This document shows, piece after piece, positions 59,044-64,000 of a DNA stretch of 64,000 nt. The DNA comes from Candidatus Krumholzibacteriales bacterium. Lineage in GTDB: Bacteria; Krumholzibacteriota; Krumholzibacteriia; Krumholzibacteriales; WJIX01. The notes beneath the pieces were generated by a model, which worked only from the letters and a program-made list of their open reading frames with translations, made no database searches and was not told the origin of the DNA. The translations under genes were made by a program, and so were the position numbers. The stretch is taken from the NCBI GenBank assembly GCA_046483305.1, contig JAWODM010000004.1, positions 32,001 through 96,000 of the forward strand, written 5' to 3'. Position 1 is the stretch's first letter; every line of letters starts with the position of its first letter.

Positions 59044-60039
59044 ATGGCATCAGAGAAAGTCAGAATACTGGTAACCGGTTGTCTGGGACAGATAGGATCA
59101 GAATTGGTGAAGGCTCTGAGCGAGCGTTACGGCAGCGAAAACGTGGTAATGAGCGATATCAGGGACGAAGGCAGCGAAGAACTGGCAGCGTACGGTGATT
59201 TCGTAAAGATGGATGTTCGGTCGGATGAGGACTTTAACCGGGTAGTACTGGAAAATGGGATAAACCGCACCTATCACCTGGCGGCGATACTCTCCGCTGT
59301 CGCCGAGGAGAACCCCCTCAGGGCATGGGAGGTTAATATGGGCGGGCTGGTCAATGCCCTGGAGGTGTGCAGAGAGAATGGATGCAGTCTGTTCGTCCCA
59401 AGTTCGATAGGCGCCTTCGGGCCTGACACACCCCTGGATAACACCCCCCAGGATACCATAATGAGGCCGCATTCCATGTATGGCGTTACCAAGGTTTCCG
59501 GAGAGCTGATCTGTGATTATTATAATCTCAAATTCGGCCTGGATACCAGGGGAGTGAGATATCCCGGGATAGTATCGAACCAGACCATGCCGGGCGGCGG
59601 AACCACCGATTACGCGGTGGAGATATTCTACGCGGCGGTTACGGAGGGACGTTATACATGCTATCTACGCCCGGATACCTATCTGGACATGATGTATATG
59701 CCGGATGCTATCAAGGCGGCCATAGACCTCATGGAAGCTGAAAGCGAGGGATTAATACACCGCAACGCCTTCAATGTTACTGCCATGCATTTCACGCCGC
59801 AGCAGCTGGCGGATGCTATCAGGAAGCAGATGCCCCGCTTTGAGATAGAGTATGACCCGGATCCCCTGAGGCAGAGTATAGCGGATTCCTGGCCGAATTA
59901 CATGGATGACCGGGCTGCCCGCAGTGAGTGGGGATGGGAACCCGAATACGATATTGATGGCATGGTGGAGGATATGTTAAGAGTTTTGAGTAGGAAGCAT
60001 GAAGAAGGAAGACTCAGATATACGGGAGGGAAGAGTTAA
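59044..60039 (+). CDS. tdh: L-threonine 3-dehydrogenase (SDR/epimerase type)
   Basis: GCLGQIG, HLAAILSA, PSSIGAFG, YGVTK, PGGGTTDY, MMYMPD, IADSWP; adjacent to kbl. Confidence 0.88.
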   Translation: MASEKVRILVTGCLGQIGSELVKALSERYGSENVVMSDIRDEGSEELAAYGDFVKMDVRSDEDFNRVVLENGINRTYHLAAILSAVAEENPLRAWEVNMGGLVNALEVCRENGCSLFVPSSIGAFGPDTPLDNTPQDTIMRPHSMYGVTKVSGELICDYYNLKFGLDTRGVRYPGIVSNQTMPGGGTTDYAVEIFYAAVTEGRYTCYLRPDTYLDMMYMPDAIKAAIDLMEAESEGLIHRNAFNVTAMHFTPQQLADAIRKQMPRFEIEYDPDPLRQSIADSWPNYMDDRAARSEWGWEPEYDIDGMVEDMLRVLSRKHEEGRLRYTGGKS

Positions 60040-61233
60040 ATGTACACTATAAAGGATCAGTTGTTGCAGGAACTGGACGAGATAAGGGAAGCCGGCCTTT
60101 ACAAGGAAGAGCGGATAATTGTATCCGACCAGAAAGCTGATATCGAAGTCAAGTCAGGCGGCGAAGTTATTAATTTCTGCGCCAACAACTACCTGGGCCT
60201 GGCCAACAATAAAGAGCTGGCAAAGGCGGCGTGTGAAATCATGGAGTCCAGGGGATTCGGCCTCTCTTCTGTAAGGTTTATCTGCGGAACCCAGGATATT
60301 CACAAAGAGCTGGAAGAGAAACTGGCAAAATTCTTCCGCAAGGATGACGCCATACTTTACGCGTCATGTTTCGACGCGAACGGGGGCCTTTTCGAGGTCT
60401 TTCTGGGCAAGGAAGACGCCGTCATCAGCGACGAGCTGAATCACGCTTCGATTATAGACGGGGTAAGATTATGCAAGGCAATGCGGTACCGTTACAAGAA
60501 TAATGACATGGAGGACCTCCGCAGGCAGCTCGAACAGGCCAGGTCGGATGGAGCCAAAAGGATGATGATATGCACGGACGGCGTCTTCTCGATGGACGGC
60601 ATAATAGCGAAAATAGATAAGATCTGCGACCTTGCAGAAGAGTATGGCGCATTGGTGATGGTTGATGATTGCCACGCCAGCGGTTTCTTCGGCCCCACCG
60701 GCAGGGGTAGCGCGGAATATTGCGGAGCCCTGGACAGGGTTGATATCATTACTTCGACTCTGGGAAAAGCCCTGGGAGGAGCATCCGGGGGATTTACCAC
60801 CGGGCACCGGGAGATAATTGATATGCTGCGCCAGCGCTCCAGGCCCTACCTGTTTTCCAATACTGTCGCGCCGGCCCTGGTGGCCGCCGCTATAAAGGTC
60901 CTGGATATGCTCGACGAAGAGAGCGGTAAACTGGATAAGCTCAGGGAGAATACAAAATATTTCCGAAGCAGGATGACCGAAGCGGGCTTTGATATAGTGG
61001 AGGGGGCCCATCCCATCGTGCCGGTAATGCTCTACGATGCCAAACTGGCCACCGAGATGGCCGACCGGCTCCTGGATGAGGGGATCTACGTGATAGGATT
61101 CTCCTACCCGGTGGTTCCCAGGGGCCAGGCCAGAATCAGGGTTCAGATCTCCGCCGCTCACAGCCGGGAACACCTTGACAAGGCTGTCAGCGCCTTTACC
61201 GCAACGGGAAGGGACCTGGGAGTAATATCTTGA
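60040..61233 (+). CDS. kbl: Glycine C-acetyltransferase (2-amino-3-ketobutyrate CoA ligase)
   Basis: [54 protein letters not shown]. Confidence 0.96.
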   Translation: MYTIKDQLLQELDEIREAGLYKEERIIVSDQKADIEVKSGGEVINFCANNYLGLANNKELAKAACEIMESRGFGLSSVRFICGTQDIHKELEEKLAKFFRKDDAILYASCFDANGGLFEVFLGKEDAVISDELNHASIIDGVRLCKAMRYRYKNNDMEDLRRQLEQARSDGAKRMMICTDGVFSMDGIIAKIDKICDLAEEYGALVMVDDCHASGFFGPTGRGSAEYCGALDRVDIITSTLGKALGGASGGFTTGHREIIDMLRQRSRPYLFSNTVAPALVAAAIKVLDMLDEESGKLDKLRENTKYFRSRMTEAGFDIVEGAHPIVPVMLYDAKLATEMADRLLDEGIYVIGFSYPVVPRGQARIRVQISAAHSREHLDKAVSAFTATGRDLGVIS

Positions 61234-61310
61234 CTTTATCCGCGGATGTTTATAAATAGACCCCTGAAATAAGTAACAGACAGAATCATTCTATTAACAG
61301 GGAGGTTTGG

Positions 61311-63290
61311 ATGGAATCCGGTTCGGATCTATTAATCAGGAGCATTCCGGTAATCGGTCTGCTGGGAATAATAATGGCGGTAGTAACCTATTTCAGAGTG
61401 AAGAAAAAACCGGCAGGGAATGAGCTGATGCAGAAGATCGCCGGCAAGATTCACCGGGGAGCCTTCGTGTTTCTGAAAAGGGAATACCAGATTATAGCCA
61501 TATTTATCGTGGTTGTTTTTGCGGTACTGGCATGGCTGCTCAGTATTCAGACCGCTTTCGCTTTTCTTTTCGGGGCGATCTGCTCCATGGCGGCGGGGCT
61601 TCTGGGTATGGAAGCGGCCACCAGAAGCAGCGTGAGAGCTTGCCAGGGAGCTAAAGACGGGGGCATCAACAGAGCCCTTTCCATCGCCTTCAGCGGCGGC
61701 TCTGTTATGGGCATAATCGTGGCGGCCCTGGGTGTATTCGGGCTGGGTTTATACTTTATCTTCACCAGAGACCCGAAAATTATCAACGGTTTCGCCATGG
61801 GAGCCAGCTCCATCGCCCTGTTTGCGCGTGTGGGCGGAGGGGTTTATACCAAGAGCGCTGATGTCGGAGCGGACCTGGTAGGAAAGATTGAAGCGGGAAT
61901 TCCGGAGGATGATCCCAGGAATCCCGGTGTAATTGCCGATAACGTGGGAGACAATGTCGGCGATACCGCCGGAATGGGAGCTGACCTGTTCGAAAGCTAT
62001 GTGGGGAGCGTGGTCGCCACCATGGCGATAGGGGCCAGCATGGCGGGCGTGAATAACACCATGTGGATGTTTCTTCCCATCGCACTTATATCAGTGGGCC
62101 TGATCGCGTCGGTTCTGGGTATATTCTCCATCTCAGCTCTGATGAAGGCGGGCCCGCAGTCGGCGCTGAGATACAGCACTTATATCAGCGGGATAATATT
62201 TATTATAGCGTCGTATTTCCTGATTAATTACCTGATTGGAGTAATCGATCCTTTCTGGGCTATCCTATCGGGGATAATAGCCGGGATACTTATCGGCCTG
62301 GAAAGTGAATATTTCACCTCCGGCCCCCCGGTCAGGGAGGTGGGCAGAGCCAGTGAGACCGGCCCGGCCACTACCATCATTACGGGTTTTGCGGTGGGGC
62401 TTCAGAGCGCCATCCTTCCGGTTATAACTCTGGTGGTGGCAATATATATTTCATACAGGTTCGGAGGAGGGCTTTACGGTATAGCGATATCTGCGGTGGG
62501 GATGCTTTCCACTATAGGTATCGTGATGTCCACCGATTCTTATGGCCCCATAGCTGATAATGCCGGCGGAATTGCCGAGATGTCCAATGCCGGACCGGAG
62601 ATCAGAAAGATTACTGATAAGCTTGATTCAATCGGGAATACCACGGCCGCCATAGGCAAAGGTTTTGCGCTCGGTTCCGCGGGATTGACCGCCCTGGCTC
62701 TATTCAGCGCTTACCAGAGAACCGTGGGAATAGATTCCATCAATCTGTCGACGCCGACCACCGTGATCGGCCTGTTCCTGGGCGCGATGATGCCTTTTCT
62801 GATAGCGTCTCTTACCATGAAAGGCGTGGGAAGAGCCGGAAATGTCCTGGTCAAGGAGATCAGAAGGCAGTTCAGGGAGATCAAGGGATTGATGGAAGGC
62901 AAGGCTGAGCCTGATGAAGAAAAATGCATCGATATAGTTACCAGGGCGGCTCTCAGGGAGATGGTCGTCCCCGGAGTTCTGGCAGTGGTGTCTCCGCTGT
63001 TCGTCGGTTTCGTAATAGGAGCCGAAGCGCTGGGAGGATTTCTGGCCGGAGCGACGACCACCGGGGTGCTGATGGGTATATTCATGGCTAACGCAGGCGG
63101 GACCTGGGATAACGCCAAGAAATGGATAGAGGAAGGTAATCTGGGTGGCAAGGGCACTGATGTTCATGCCGCCGCCGTGGTGGGTGATACCGTCGGTGAT
63201 CCATTCAAGGACACTTCCGGCCCCAGCATGAATATTCTGATCAAGCTCATGTCAGTGGTTTCTCTGGTATTCGCGCCTCTTTTCCTCTAG
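61311..63290 (+). CDS. hppA: Membrane-bound pyrophosphatase, K+-dependent, probably Na+-translocating
   Basis: [39 protein letters not shown] (Ala indicates K+ dependence), [10 protein letters not shown]. Confidence 0.95.
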   Translation: MESGSDLLIRSIPVIGLLGIIMAVVTYFRVKKKPAGNELMQKIAGKIHRGAFVFLKREYQIIAIFIVVVFAVLAWLLSIQTAFAFLFGAICSMAAGLLGMEAATRSSVRACQGAKDGGINRALSIAFSGGSVMGIIVAALGVFGLGLYFIFTRDPKIINGFAMGASSIALFARVGGGVYTKSADVGADLVGKIEAGIPEDDPRNPGVIADNVGDNVGDTAGMGADLFESYVGSVVATMAIGASMAGVNNTMWMFLPIALISVGLIASVLGIFSISALMKAGPQSALRYSTYISGIIFIIASYFLINYLIGVIDPFWAILSGIIAGILIGLESEYFTSGPPVREVGRASETGPATTIITGFAVGLQSAILPVITLVVAIYISYRFGGGLYGIAISAVGMLSTIGIVMSTDSYGPIADNAGGIAEMSNAGPEIRKITDKLDSIGNTTAAIGKGFALGSAGLTALALFSAYQRTVGIDSINLSTPTTVIGLFLGAMMPFLIASLTMKGVGRAGNVLVKEIRRQFREIKGLMEGKAEPDEEKCIDIVTRAALREMVVPGVLAVVSPLFVGFVIGAEALGGFLAGATTTGVLMGIFMANAGGTWDNAKKWIEEGNLGGKGTDVHAAAVVGDTVGDPFKDTSGPSMNILIKLMSVVSLVFAPLFL

Positions 63291-63314
63291 ATGCGGAATC
63301 ATGAGCCAATAGTC

Positions 63315-63352
63315 ATACCCCTGCTCTTTCTTCTGGGCAGGGGTATTTTTTT
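63315..63352 (+). terminator. Rho-independent terminator
   Basis: ATACCCCTGCTC-tttcttct-GGGCAGGGGTAT followed by a T run, after hppA. Confidence 0.8.
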
Positions 63353-63400
63353 GTTCTATTATCGTATTCAACAGGCATCCTGAGCGAGAGGAGGGATAAT

Positions 63401-64000
63401 TTGGCTCTTAAGGTCGGAATAATCGGACTGCCCAATGTAGGCAAATCAACCCTGATGAATGCACTGGCCCGTACCGGGGCGGAAGCGTCCAACTATCCAT
63501 TCTGCACCATTGAATCCAATATGGGAATGGTAACGGTGCCGGATGAGAGATTGGAACAACTGGCAGCCCTTCTGGAGCCGGAAGAGGTAATCCCCTCCGC
63601 TATAAATTTCGTTGATATCGCCGGGCTGGTAAGGGGTGCGAGCAGGGGGGAAGGCCTGGGTAACAAATTCCTGCACTATATCAGGGAAGTTGACCTGCTG
63701 GTTCATGTAATTCGAAGCTTCAGCGATCCATTGGTCAGCCATGTTCATGGATGTATTGACCCGCTGGATGACCTGGAGGCCGTTGAAACCGAATTGTTTC
63801 TGGCAGATATAGAGAGAGTGGAAAGCAGGATGGAAAAGGAGCGCAGCAGGGCTAAAGCGGTCAGGAAGGAGGAGAGAAAAGATCTCGATTTCCTGGAGCA
63901 GATCAGCGGTATGCTCTCGGAAAAGAGGAGGGTTGATCCTGACGAATATACGGAACACCACAGAGAAATAATCGCTGAGCTTAATCTTCTCACATCAAAG
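63401..64000 (+). CDS. ychF: Redox-regulated ATPase YchF, 3' truncated by window edge (not in the ORF track)
   Basis: TTG after GGAGG; reads [18 protein letters not shown]...NYPFCTIE...[22 protein letters not shown]. Confidence 0.95.
   Translation, partial: MALKVGIIGLPNVGKSTLMNALARTGAEASNYPFCTIESNMGMVTVPDERLEQLAALLEPEEVIPSAINFVDIAGLVRGASRGEGLGNKFLHYIREVDLLVHVIRSFSDPLVSHVHGCIDPLDDLEAVETELFLADIERVESRMEKERSRAKAVRKEERKDLDFLEQISGMLSEKRRVDPDEYTEHHREIIAELNLLTSK

Overview
A chromosomal window from a diderm (LPS-producing) bacterium. FlgD-like C-terminal sorting domains and a PorV-like barrel suggest an FCB-superphylum lineage, which is an inference. Ordinary content: purD/purE, tsaC, waaA plus a GT9 heptosyltransferase, mazG, uvrA, galE, tdh-kbl, a membrane pyrophosphatase, ychF, tRNA-Phe and tRNA-Glu, secreted peptidases and amino-acid catabolism genes. 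No CRISPR array, rRNA, prophage or intact transposase was seen. The most unusual items are: (1) a ~10 kb operon linking a secreted FlgD-CTD protein and a PorV-TPR fusion to a 1410-aa membrane partner-switching protein (RsbW kinase, TM/HAMP, PP2C phosphatase, IS481-like DNA-binding module, 3 STAS), an orphan ParA, a TPR protein and two more STAS proteins, with all five STAS domains sharing a YxSS[AG]GWG motif; (2) an intact 908-aa DnaE paralogue whose three catalytic Asp positions read H/E/V but which ends in a QLSIF beta-clamp motif, a candidate C-family pseudo-polymerase; (3) a 150-bp element bounded by perfect 24-bp inverted repeats with internal hairpins; (4) a GNAT-racemase pair followed by a deleted Na+/solute symporter pseudogene; (5) an apparent ATT start codon; (6) tandem XRE-cupin regulators with identical recognition helices. 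All family calls come from motifs read by eye; no searches were run.
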